Assembly (NCBI GenBank): GCA_040289515.1
Contig: PSLI01000001.1
Coordinates: 1-64,000, forward strand
Direction of reading: 5' to 3'
DNA from: Candidatus Sysuimicrobiota bacterium
GTDB lineage: Bacteria > Sysuimicrobiota > Sysuimicrobiia > Sysuimicrobiales > Sysuimicrobiaceae
DNA: 64,000 nucleotides
The notes under the pieces were generated by a model that was given only the letters and a program-made list of their open reading frames with translations, was not told where the DNA came from and searched no databases. Position 1 is the first letter of the stretch. The number at the start of each line of letters is the position of its first letter. The position numbers and the translations under genes were made by a program. Below are positions 18,862 to 27,161 of the stretch, one piece after another.

Positions 18862-18909
18862 GCTGCCCGCCACGCGCGCCAGCATCGCGGTCTGCGGTAC
18901 CCTTCAACC

Positions 18910-19800
18910 GTGACGGCTTCGGAGCTGGTTCGCCTCCTGAAGAGCCGGGGCATTCGACCCCGGCGGTCTTTGGGGCAGCACTTCCTTGCCAGCACCCCCC
19001 ACCTGGACCGCATCGTGCAGCTGGCAGAACTGGATGCCCTGGATGCGGTTCTGGAGGTGGGGGCCGGTACGGGTCTGCTGACCGTACGGCTGGCGGAGCG
19101 CGCCGGTACGGTGGCCGCGGTGGAATTGGATCCGAAGCTGGCAGACCTCCTGGAGGAGGTGGTGGGCCGGCACCCGCGGGTGCGGATCGTGCGGGGCGAC
19201 GCCATGAAGCTGGACCTGGCTGGGTTGTTCCCGCCCGGCATGAGGCGGAAGGTGGTGGCCAACCTTCCCTACGGGATCGCGTCAGCCCTGCTGGTGCGGT
19301 TGCTGCAGGAGGTCCCCGACCTCGCACGGCTGGTGGTGACCGTGCAGGAGGAAGTGGGCCGGCGGTTGGTGGCCCGGCCCGGAACCCCGGAGTACGGGCT
19401 GCTCACGGTGCTCGTGCGTTTTCACGCGGACGTGCAGCTGGCCTTCCGCATCGCGCCCCGAGCCTTCGTTCCCCCGCCGCAGGTGACCTCCGCGGTGGTG
19501 GTGCTCACGGCCCGTCCGCGCCCTGCGGGCGTGAACGAGGAGGCCTTCCGGTCCCTGGTCCGTGCGGCCTTCGCGCAGCGGCGTAAGCAGCTACGTCGGT
19601 CGTGGACGCACGTGGCGCCAGCTGCGCTTTTGGAGAAGGCCGCGCAGCGCGCCGCGGTGGATCTGCGCCGCCGAGGTGAGACCCTCACGGTGGAGGAGTT
19701 CGTGGCGGTGGCCCGTGCCCTTGTGGAGTACGGAGGGTGGAGCGCCTTTCACGGTGCGAACGCTGGCAGGCCCGACAAAGCCCGCAGCCGCCTCGCGTAG
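18910..19800 (+). CDS. rsmA: 16S rRNA m6,2A dimethyltransferase
   Basis: LGQHFL, VLEVGAGTG, VVANLPY, FAQRRKQL. Confidence 0.96.
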   Translation: MTASELVRLLKSRGIRPRRSLGQHFLASTPHLDRIVQLAELDALDAVLEVGAGTGLLTVRLAERAGTVAAVELDPKLADLLEEVVGRHPRVRIVRGDAMKLDLAGLFPPGMRRKVVANLPYGIASALLVRLLQEVPDLARLVVTVQEEVGRRLVARPGTPEYGLLTVLVRFHADVQLAFRIAPRAFVPPPQVTSAVVVLTARPRPAGVNEEAFRSLVRAAFAQRRKQLRRSWTHVAPAALLEKAAQRAAVDLRRRGETLTVEEFVAVARALVEYGGWSAFHGANAGRPDKARSRLA

Positions 19801-21020
19801 TCCGCCCCCACCCGCACCACCAGATCGGTCTGGGCCTCCGGCGCGGGGCGCGTGGCGATGGCACCGACGCCCAGCATGTCGCGCACCGCCCGCGCCAGGT
19901 CCGCGTCTCCCCGTGTGGAGGCGATGGCGGTGTCATGCTGCCCTTCCGCCTCCGCTTCCACCCGGACGACCTGGAAGCCCATCTGCCGCAGCCGCTCCGC
20001 GGCCCGCAACCCCGTGCCGGGGACGCCGCTGGCGTTGCGTACCTCCACCGTGGTACGCGTCACGCGCTGCGGGTCCAGACCGTAAAACAGCTGCAGCACC
20101 AGGGCGCGTGTCCGTTCCGGATCCGGCTCCCAGAACAGCGGGGCGAACCGGCCCGGTAGGGTCTCCGTGCGGATGTGGTCCGGCCCCAGGCGGCTGAGGA
20201 ACCATCCCAGGGTGGCGACCTCGTGAGGGGTCAGGGTGGTCTGGGTGTTCTCCGCCACCGCGCGGAGGATCTGGCCTGCCCGCAGCCACGTCTGCGGCTC
20301 TTTCAGGCGTTGGAACAGCGCCCGGATCACCTTCTGCTGGCGCTCCACGCGGGCGATGTCACCCAGGGGGTCGTGGCGGAACCGGGCGTACCCCATGGCC
20401 TGGTCCCCCGACAGGAGCTGGCGTCCCTTCTTCAGATCGATCCGGAGGCCTGCCCACCAGTCTTCGTAGTGCAGGTCCCGCTCCACCTCTACCCACACCC
20501 CGCCCACGGCGTCAATCAGGCGCGCGAAGGACCGCGGGCCCAGCTTCACGTAGCGGTGCACCGGTACCCCCACCAGCTGCTGCACGGTCCGCACGGTCAG
20601 GTCCGGCCCTCCGAAGGCATACGACGCGTTGATCTTCCACCAACCCGGGTGCCCGGGGATGGATGTCCGGGTATCCCGGGGGATGGACAGGAAGGCGGCA
20701 GTGCGGGTGTGGGGGTCGAAAGTGGCCAGCAGCAGGGCATCCGAGCGCGCCAGGTTCACCAGCTGTCGCCGGTTGTTCAGCGTCACGTCCACCCCGATCA
20801 CCAGCACGTTGACGCGATCCTGCAGGCGCAGAGGGAAGGCCACGCGGCCGTCCCGGGTGGCCCAGCCTGTGTGCAGCAGGATCCCTGCCACAGCTCCCAC
20901 CAGCCACGCCACCAGCAGCCCGAAAAGGACGGGGACCGCCCAGGTTAGCAGCCGGAGGGCCCACGGCCGGCGCTTCAGTACCCCTGCTGGCGGCAGCAAA
21001 ACCGGTGCGCGACTCTGCAC
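19749..21020 (-). CDS. LCP (LytR-CpsA-Psr) family protein with C-terminal LytR_C domain
   Basis: RSD, LSIPRDT, KINASY, YARFRHD..GDIARVERQQ, C-terminal VEVRNASGVPG. 3' end overlaps rsmA by 52 nt. Confidence 0.92.
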   Translation of the reverse strand: MQSRAPVLLPPAGVLKRRPWALRLLTWAVPVLFGLLVAWLVGAVAGILLHTGWATRDGRVAFPLRLQDRVNVLVIGVDVTLNNRRQLVNLARSDALLLATFDPHTRTAAFLSIPRDTRTSIPGHPGWWKINASYAFGGPDLTVRTVQQLVGVPVHRYVKLGPRSFARLIDAVGGVWVEVERDLHYEDWWAGLRIDLKKGRQLLSGDQAMGYARFRHDPLGDIARVERQQKVIRALFQRLKEPQTWLRAGQILRAVAENTQTTLTPHEVATLGWFLSRLGPDHIRTETLPGRFAPLFWEPDPERTRALVLQLFYGLDPQRVTRTTVEVRNASGVPGTGLRAAERLRQMGFQVVRVEAEAEGQHDTAIASTRGDADLARAVRDMLGVGAIATRPAPEAQTDLVVRVGADYARRLRALSGLPAFAP

Positions 21021-21237
21021 GGCTTTTCAGCATACCGCAAACGGCCCACATACGGAAGCATGCGAGCACCCGTTCGGTAGGAAACCAGCCTGCGGCGGGG
21101 AAAACCTCCAGGGTGTTCGGTCTGGTGGGGGATTTGGGTTGACCAACCAGCCACCGCGGGTGGTAGGCGGTGGGCACGGGACGGCTTCCGGCGTCCGAAA
21201 CGGCCGGGAGCCGTCCTCGTTCAAAAGGTAGGAGTGG

Positions 21238-22113
21238 GTGCCCGTGGAGGAGCTGAGGCTGAACGCGTACGCCAAGGTGAATCTGAGCCTGGATGTGCTG
21301 GGGCGGCGGCCGGACGGCTACCACGAGGTGGAGACGGTGCTGCACACCCTGGAGCTTCACGACACCGTGGTGCTGCGCGAGGCCGAGGGCGGCGTGCGGG
21401 TGGTGTGCGACCACCGGCGCGTGCCCACGGGCGAGCAGAACCTGGTGTTCCACACAGCCCAGCTGCTGCGGGAGGTATCGGGCGTGCCACGGGGCGTGGA
21501 GGTGGAGATCCACAAACGCATCCCGCCCGCCTCGGGGCTGGGCGGGGGTTCCTCGGACGCCGCGGTGACCCTGTTGGGGCTGGCGCAGATGTGGAAGCTA
21601 CGCCTGGACCATGCGCAGCTGGTGGAGCTGGCCTCGCAGGTGGGCTCGGATGTGCCCTTCTTCCTGGTGGGGGGAGCCGCCCTGGTCACGGGCCGCGGGG
21701 AGCGGTTGCGGTTTCTGCCCACCCTGCCCACCACCTGGGTGGTGCTGGCCTGCCCCACGGTGGAGATCTCCACCGCGTGGGCGTACGCACACCTAGACCT
21801 CCGCGCGGTGGCGCGGAGGCCCGACACCACGCGCCTGGTGGAGGCCCTGCGGGCGGAGGACGTGGCCGCGGTGGCCCGGGAGCTCTGCAATGTGTTCGAG
21901 CCCCTCGTGTCCAGTCGTTGTCCGCAGGTGCTGGAGCTGAAGGAGCGGTTGCAGGCCGCGGGAGCCTTGGGTGCCAGCATGACGGGAACTGGGCCCGCGG
22001 TGTTCGGTCTGTTCCCGGGTGAGCAGGAGGCGCACCGGGCTTGGGAGGTTCTGAAGGACACCGTGGACGGCGAGGTGATCCTCACCCGCACCTTCGCGGA
22101 GCTGGAGCGGTGA
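21238..22113 (+). CDS. ispE: 4-diphosphocytidyl-2-C-methyl-D-erythritol kinase
   Basis: AYAKVNLSL, RPDGYHE, KRIP..SGLGGGSSDAA, GSDVPFF. Confidence 0.96.
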   Translation: MPVEELRLNAYAKVNLSLDVLGRRPDGYHEVETVLHTLELHDTVVLREAEGGVRVVCDHRRVPTGEQNLVFHTAQLLREVSGVPRGVEVEIHKRIPPASGLGGGSSDAAVTLLGLAQMWKLRLDHAQLVELASQVGSDVPFFLVGGAALVTGRGERLRFLPTLPTTWVVLACPTVEISTAWAYAHLDLRAVARRPDTTRLVEALRAEDVAAVARELCNVFEPLVSSRCPQVLELKERLQAAGALGASMTGTGPAVFGLFPGEQEAHRAWEVLKDTVDGEVILTRTFAELER

Positions 22114-22883
22114 GCGCCGTGGCACTGGCGGAGGTGGACGCCGCGGTCCTCGCGGGCGGAGGTCGGGAAGCCGGCCTGCCTGCGGGAATCCCCAACAAGG
22201 CGTTTTTGCCTGTGGCCGGCAAGCCCCTGGTGGAGCGGGTGCTGGATGCTTTGCGGGACAGCTCGCGGGTGCGGCGCACGGTGCTGGTGGCGCCCATGCC
22301 CGTGCCGGAGGAGCTTGCGCGGCGATGCCACCGCGTACTGCCCGACCGGGGCCTCCTTCTGAGCAACGTGACCTCCGCCGTGGAGGCCTTGGCCGACGCT
22401 CCGTGGGTGCTCGCGTGTGCCGCGGACCTGCCCCTGCTGTCGGGAAAAGCGGTGCGCAACTTCCTGGAAGCGTGCGCGGCGCGTCCTGCGGACTTCTACT
22501 ACGGAATCGTGCGGGAGGAGGATCTAGAGGCCCGCTTCCCGGGAGCCCGGAAGACCTTCGTGCGGGTCCGGGAGGGTTCGTTTGCGGGCAGCAGCCTGGT
22601 GCTGTTGAAGCCGCAGGTGCTGGAGCGCGTGCAGCCGCTGCTGGCGCAGCTGGTGGAGGCGCGCAAGAACCCCGCACGGCTGGCTTCCCTGCTGGGAAGC
22701 GGCGTGGTGGTGAAGTACCTCACAGGCCGCCTCGCGGTGGCGGACGTGGAGCGCAGGGCCTGGGAGCTCACCGGGCTGCGGGGGGCCGCGGTGGTGTGCC
22801 CGGACCCGGAGGTGGCCCTGGACGTGGACGTGGGCAAGCCGGAGAACCTGGAGCTGGCGCAGCAGTGGCTGGGGGGCAGGTGA
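22110..22883 (+). CDS. MobA-like NTP transferase domain protein
   Basis: AVLAGG...NKAFLPVAGKPL, ADLPLL, LDVD. GTGA overlaps on both sides. Confidence 0.8.
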   Translation: MSAVALAEVDAAVLAGGGREAGLPAGIPNKAFLPVAGKPLVERVLDALRDSSRVRRTVLVAPMPVPEELARRCHRVLPDRGLLLSNVTSAVEALADAPWVLACAADLPLLSGKAVRNFLEACAARPADFYYGIVREEDLEARFPGARKTFVRVREGSFAGSSLVLLKPQVLERVQPLLAQLVEARKNPARLASLLGSGVVVKYLTGRLAVADVERRAWELTGLRGAAVVCPDPEVALDVDVGKPENLELAQQWLGGR

Positions 22884-23743
22884 ACGCGCAGCGCTCCTCG
22901 CGTTCGGGCAGGGCAGGGCAGGACCGCCTGCGGCGGGGGGAGCGCATGATCGCCATCGCCCACGCCCTGCAGGCGGAGCCGTACCGGGTGCACCGGCTAA
23001 GTGTTTTCGTGCAGGCCCTGGGGGTCGCCAAGAGCACCGTGAGCGAGGACGTGGCCAGCCTGCGTCGGGTGTTCGAGCGGTTCGGTCTGGGCCGCATTGA
23101 GACCCTCAGCGGCGCCGCAGGGGGCGTGCGGTTCGTGCCGCGCCGGGATCCCCGCCGCATCCGGAGGCTTGCGGAGGAGTTGTCCGCCAAGATGTCCCAC
23201 CCTGCCCGGCTGCTGCCCGGGGGGTTCCTGTACACCTCGGACCTGCTGAGTACGCCCTCCGTGGTGGAGCAAATTGGGGAGGCCTTCGCCACCTACTTCG
23301 CGGACCGCCGGCCGGACGTGGTCCTGGCCATGGAGGTGAAGGGAATTCCCGTGGCCTTCATGACCGCGCGGGCCTTCCACGTACCCATGATCACCATCCG
23401 CCGCGCGGGACGCGTCACGGAGGGGCCTGCGGTAACCGTCAACTACGTGTCGGGGTCCTCCCGCATACTGCAGCAGATGACCCTGCCCTTGCGGGCGGTG
23501 CGGGAGGGCCAGCGGGTCCTGTTCATCGACGACTTCGTCCGGGGCGGGGGCACCGCGCGGGGCGTGGTGGACCTCATGCGGGAGTTCCGGGCGGAGGTGG
23601 TGGGGGTGGGAGTGCTGGTGGCCTCCCGCGAGCCCCGCCACAAGCTGGTGGACGACTACTTCGCCCTTCTGGTGTTCGAGGGCACGGACCGCCGCGGCCA
23701 GCCCGTTGTGCGCCCCAGCGACCAGGTGCTGGCCATCCGCTGA
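22880..23743 (+). CDS. purR: Pur operon repressor (Bacillus-type wHTH-PRT)
   Basis: AKSTVSED, TLSGAAGGV, LPGGFLYTSD, KGIP, VTEG..VTVNYVSGS, FIDDFVRGGGT. Confidence 0.95.
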   Translation: MNAQRSSRSGRAGQDRLRRGERMIAIAHALQAEPYRVHRLSVFVQALGVAKSTVSEDVASLRRVFERFGLGRIETLSGAAGGVRFVPRRDPRRIRRLAEELSAKMSHPARLLPGGFLYTSDLLSTPSVVEQIGEAFATYFADRRPDVVLAMEVKGIPVAFMTARAFHVPMITIRRAGRVTEGPAVTVNYVSGSSRILQQMTLPLRAVREGQRVLFIDDFVRGGGTARGVVDLMREFRAEVVGVGVLVASREPRHKLVDDYFALLVFEGTDRRGQPVVRPSDQVLAIR

Positions 23744-23761
23744 GCCCATCCAGCAGATTCC

Positions 23762-23824
23762 TTGACAGTCCCGGCGGGCCCGATTAAGGTGAGCGTGCGT
23801 TCATTCAAACTGAACTGTGATTCA
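23762..23824 (+). promoter_or_regulatory. Sigma70 promoter with two TGA-N8-TCA operator palindromes
   Basis: TTGACA(23762)-17 nt-TAAGGT(23785). TGAGCGTGCGTTCA at 23790-23803 and TGAACTGTGATTCA at 23811-23824. Confidence 0.7.
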
Positions 23825-23826
23825 CA

Positions 23827-24489
23827 TTGGTCCGGCTCACCGCGCAGGCCCGCAGGGCCCTCACGCAGGAGCGGCGGCAGCAGATCGTGCGGGCCGCCCT
23901 GGAGGTGTTCTCCGTGCGCGGGTACGACAAGGCCACGGTGCGGTCCATCGCCCGGCGGGCGGGCCTGGCGGAGGGCACCGTGTACCTGTACTTCCGCAGC
24001 AAGCAGGACCTGTTGTTCGCTGTGTGGGAGCAGATGACGGTCTTGGAGGTTTTGCCGTCCCTGCGCCGGGTGGAGGTCGCCCCGCCGGGCACGGAGGAGG
24101 AGGTGCTGGCGGCGGTGCTGCGCGATCAGTTCCACACCCTCGTGCGCTATGGGTCCTTCTTTCGGCTGGTGATGCACCGCGCGGACGTGGATCCGGAGTT
24201 CCGCCGCCGCGTGCGGGCCCGCCTGCGGGAGTTCCTGGAGGAGGTGCTGCGGGTGGTGGAGCAGGGTGTGCGGCGTGGGGCGCTGGCGGACCTGAATCCC
24301 GAGGTGGTGGTGCGGGCCCTGGGAGCGCTGCTGCGGGGCATGGCGTTGTTCGACCGCTACGACCCCCGACCCCTGTTCCATCGTTACCCCGTGGAGGAGG
24401 TGGCCCGCCAGCTGGCGCGGCTGGTCCTGTACGGGCTACTGCCGCGCGCGCCCGCCGGCGCGGAGAGGGCTCCCGGAGGTGGGCGGTGA
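23827..24489 (+). CDS. TetR/AcrR family regulator
   Basis: IVRAALEVFSVRGY, IARRAGLAEGTVYLYFRSKQDL. Confidence 0.93.
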   Translation: MVRLTAQARRALTQERRQQIVRAALEVFSVRGYDKATVRSIARRAGLAEGTVYLYFRSKQDLLFAVWEQMTVLEVLPSLRRVEVAPPGTEEEVLAAVLRDQFHTLVRYGSFFRLVMHRADVDPEFRRRVRARLREFLEEVLRVVEQGVRRGALADLNPEVVVRALGALLRGMALFDRYDPRPLFHRYPVEEVARQLARLVLYGLLPRAPAGAERAPGGGR

Positions 24490-25799
24490 AGCGCCTGGCG
24501 GTGCTGGTGGCGGTACTGGGGTTTGCGGCGGGCCGGGGGGGTGCACAGCCGACCGCTTACCGGCTGTCCTTTGCAGAGGTGGCCAGCCTGGCCCTTCGGC
24601 AGAACGTGGGGCTGCAGGCCGCGGCCCTGGACGTGGCGGTGGCGGAAGCGCAGCTGGCGCAGGCGCGGGCAGCACGTGCGCCGCAGGTGAGCCTGACGGG
24701 CTCGTACACGTACCTGCAGCAGCCGAGTCAGACGCTCACTTTCCCAAACCCCTTCGCCCCCTCGCCTCCCACCCTGACCCTTCAGCTGCCGCCCCCGGAC
24801 CCCCACCAGGTGCTGCTGCGCCTCGCGGCCCAGTACCCCCTGTACACGGGCGGCCGGCTGGAAGCACAGGTGGCGCTGGCGGAGGCCAACGTGCGGGGCG
24901 CGCGCGCGGTGCTGGAGCGCACCAAGCAGCAGGTGGTGTTCCAGGTGCAGCAGACGTACCTGCAGCTGCTTTTGGCCCGGGAAAACGAAGCGGCTGCCCA
25001 GCGCGCGGTGGCCGCGGCGGAAGAGTCGGTGCGGGTGGCGCGGGCGAGGTTGGCCGCGGGGGTGGCAGCGCCGTTTGACGTGCTGCAGGCGGAGGTGAGC
25101 CTCGCAGGCGCCCGGCAGACCCTCGCGCGCGCCCAGGTCCAGGTGGGCAACACTCAGGCGGCCCTGGCGGCCCTGGTGAACCTGCCCCTGGACGCAGCCA
25201 TCGAGCCTACGGATGTCCTGCGGCCCCAGCCCGTGGAGGGGTCGCTGGCGGAGTTCGTGCAGCGGGCCCTCCGGCAGCGGCCGGAACTGGAGGAGCTGCG
25301 GGCCCGTGCGCAGGCCGCGCGGGCCAGCATCGAGCTGGCCCGCAGCGGCGGCCGGCCCAACGTGGCCCTGGCGGCGCAGTACGACTGGTCAGGACCCTCC
25401 TCCCACCTGGCCAACTCCTGGTCGGTGACCCTGGCCGTGACTCTTTCGCTGCACGACGGGGGGATCACCCAGCAGCGGGTGCGGGAGGCCGAGCTGCGCC
25501 TGGAGCAGCTGGCGCTGTTGGAGGCACAGACCCAGCAGCGGGTGGAGCTGGAGGTCCGGCAGGCGTGGTGGAGCCTGCAGCAGACCGGCCCGGAGCTGGC
25601 GGCCGCGGAGCGTGCCGTGGAGCAGGCGCGGGAGGCCCTCCGGATCGCCCGCGTACGGTTCGAGGCGGGTGTGGGAACTTCCCTGGAGCTGGTGAGCGCG
25701 CAGGCGCAGCTGGCGCAGGCGGAAGTGGGGCTGGCTACGGCCCGATTCAACCAGAACCTGGCGCGACTGCAGCTGTTGCTGGCCACGGGGGCGTTGTAG
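24486..25799 (+). CDS. TolC family outer-membrane efflux protein
   Basis: Signal peptide, two OEP repeats (YPLYTGG, LHDGG, RFEAGVGTSLE). Confidence 0.9.
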   Translation: MKRLAVLVAVLGFAAGRGGAQPTAYRLSFAEVASLALRQNVGLQAAALDVAVAEAQLAQARAARAPQVSLTGSYTYLQQPSQTLTFPNPFAPSPPTLTLQLPPPDPHQVLLRLAAQYPLYTGGRLEAQVALAEANVRGARAVLERTKQQVVFQVQQTYLQLLLARENEAAAQRAVAAAEESVRVARARLAAGVAAPFDVLQAEVSLAGARQTLARAQVQVGNTQAALAALVNLPLDAAIEPTDVLRPQPVEGSLAEFVQRALRQRPELEELRARAQAARASIELARSGGRPNVALAAQYDWSGPSSHLANSWSVTLAVTLSLHDGGITQQRVREAELRLEQLALLEAQTQQRVELEVRQAWWSLQQTGPELAAAERAVEQAREALRIARVRFEAGVGTSLELVSAQAQLAQAEVGLATARFNQNLARLQLLLATGAL

Positions 25800-25810
25800 G
25801 GAGGGCCGGG

Positions 25811-27151
25811 ATGCGGTACGGGAAGGCGTGGCTGTGGCTGCTGTTGCTGGCCGCGGGGTGTGCGCGCCCCGCACCCACTCAGCCCGTGGCCACCCCGCAG
25901 GCGGCGGCCGTGGAGGTGCAGACGGTTCAGCGCCGGACCCTGGAGGAGATGCTGGAGGCCTCGGGTTCCGTGCAGGCGGTGGCCGCAGCGGATGTGGCCG
26001 CCAGGTCCCCCGGCCGCGTGGCGGATGTTTTGGTAGAGGAGGGCCAGGGGGTGACCCGGGGCGAGGTGCTGGTGCGCCTGGATCCCTCCGACCTCGGCGA
26101 ACAGGTGCGCCAGGCGGAGGCGGCCTTGCAGGCGGCGCAGGCGAGGCTGGCTCAGGCCGTGCAGGCGAGGCAGCTGGCCGCGGACACGGCGCGGTATCAG
26201 GTGGCGCAGGCCCGCGCCGCGGTGGAAGCCGCCCGCGCCCAGCTATCTTCCGCGCGGGCACAGGTGGAGGTGATCCGCAGCCAGCGCGCCCGCGTGGAGG
26301 CGGACCTGCAGCGGGTGCTGCAGCTGTTCGCCCAGGGCGCCATCTCGGCCCAGCAGGTGGACGCGGCCCGCGCCGCGGCCGAGGCGGCTAGCGCGCACCA
26401 CGAGGCGGCTCAGGCGCAGGAACGAGCGGCCCTCGAACAGCTGCGGGCCGCTCAGGCCAGCCTGCACCTGGCCCAGGCGGGGTTCCAACAGGTGGACCTG
26501 CGCCAGCGCGACGTGGAGCAGGCGCAAGCTGCCCTCCGCCAGGCGGAAGCCGCCTTGCAGCTGGCGCGCTTGCAGCTGCAGCATACCGTGGTGCGTTCGC
26601 CCCTGGGCGGCGTGGTGGTGGAGCGCCGCGTGGACCCGGGGGAGGTGGTGTCCGCGGGCGTCCCGCTGCTGGTGGTGGCGGACACCTCCAGCGTGCGAAT
26701 ACAGCTGGCCGTTTCGGAGACGCAGATCCGCTGGGTACGGGTCGGCCAGCCGGTGCGGATCACGGTGGACGCCCTACCCGGCCGGGCCTTCACGGGACGC
26801 GTGGAGGGCTGGTCGCCGGCTGCGGACGCCAGGACCCGCAGCTTCCTCGTGAAGGTGCGCGTGCCCAACCCGGACCGCTCCCTCCGGCCGGGGATGTTCG
26901 CCCGGGGCCGGCTGACGCTGCTGGTCCGCGAGGAGGTGCCCTCGGTCCCCGACGCGGCTGTGGTTCGGGACCTGGCGGGGACGTATGTGTTCGTGGTGGA
27001 CCGCGCCGGGGTGGCGCGGCGCCGGCCCGTGACGGTGGGCCTCTCGTCCGGAGGCTGGATCGAGGTGCGGGGGCTGCCGGTAGGGACACCGGTCGTGGTG
27101 GCGGGCCAAAACCGCCTGCGGGACGGGGACCGCGTGACCGTGGCACGCTGA
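25811..27151 (+). CDS. RND efflux periplasmic adaptor (lipoprotein)
   Basis: Lipobox LAAGC, lipoyl halves, long coiled coil, SPLGGVV, LRPGMFA. Confidence 0.92.
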   Translation: MRYGKAWLWLLLLAAGCARPAPTQPVATPQAAAVEVQTVQRRTLEEMLEASGSVQAVAAADVAARSPGRVADVLVEEGQGVTRGEVLVRLDPSDLGEQVRQAEAALQAAQARLAQAVQARQLAADTARYQVAQARAAVEAARAQLSSARAQVEVIRSQRARVEADLQRVLQLFAQGAISAQQVDAARAAAEAASAHHEAAQAQERAALEQLRAAQASLHLAQAGFQQVDLRQRDVEQAQAALRQAEAALQLARLQLQHTVVRSPLGGVVVERRVDPGEVVSAGVPLLVVADTSSVRIQLAVSETQIRWVRVGQPVRITVDALPGRAFTGRVEGWSPAADARTRSFLVKVRVPNPDRSLRPGMFARGRLTLLVREEVPSVPDAAVVRDLAGTYVFVVDRAGVARRRPVTVGLSSGGWIEVRGLPVGTPVVVAGQNRLRDGDRVTVAR

Positions 27152-27161
27152 GGATTCCGCC

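Noticed and set aside
19749..19800. 52-nt convergent overlap of rsmA and the LCP gene as antisense regulation
   Set aside because: Tail overlaps are common in stop-poor high-GC genomes.
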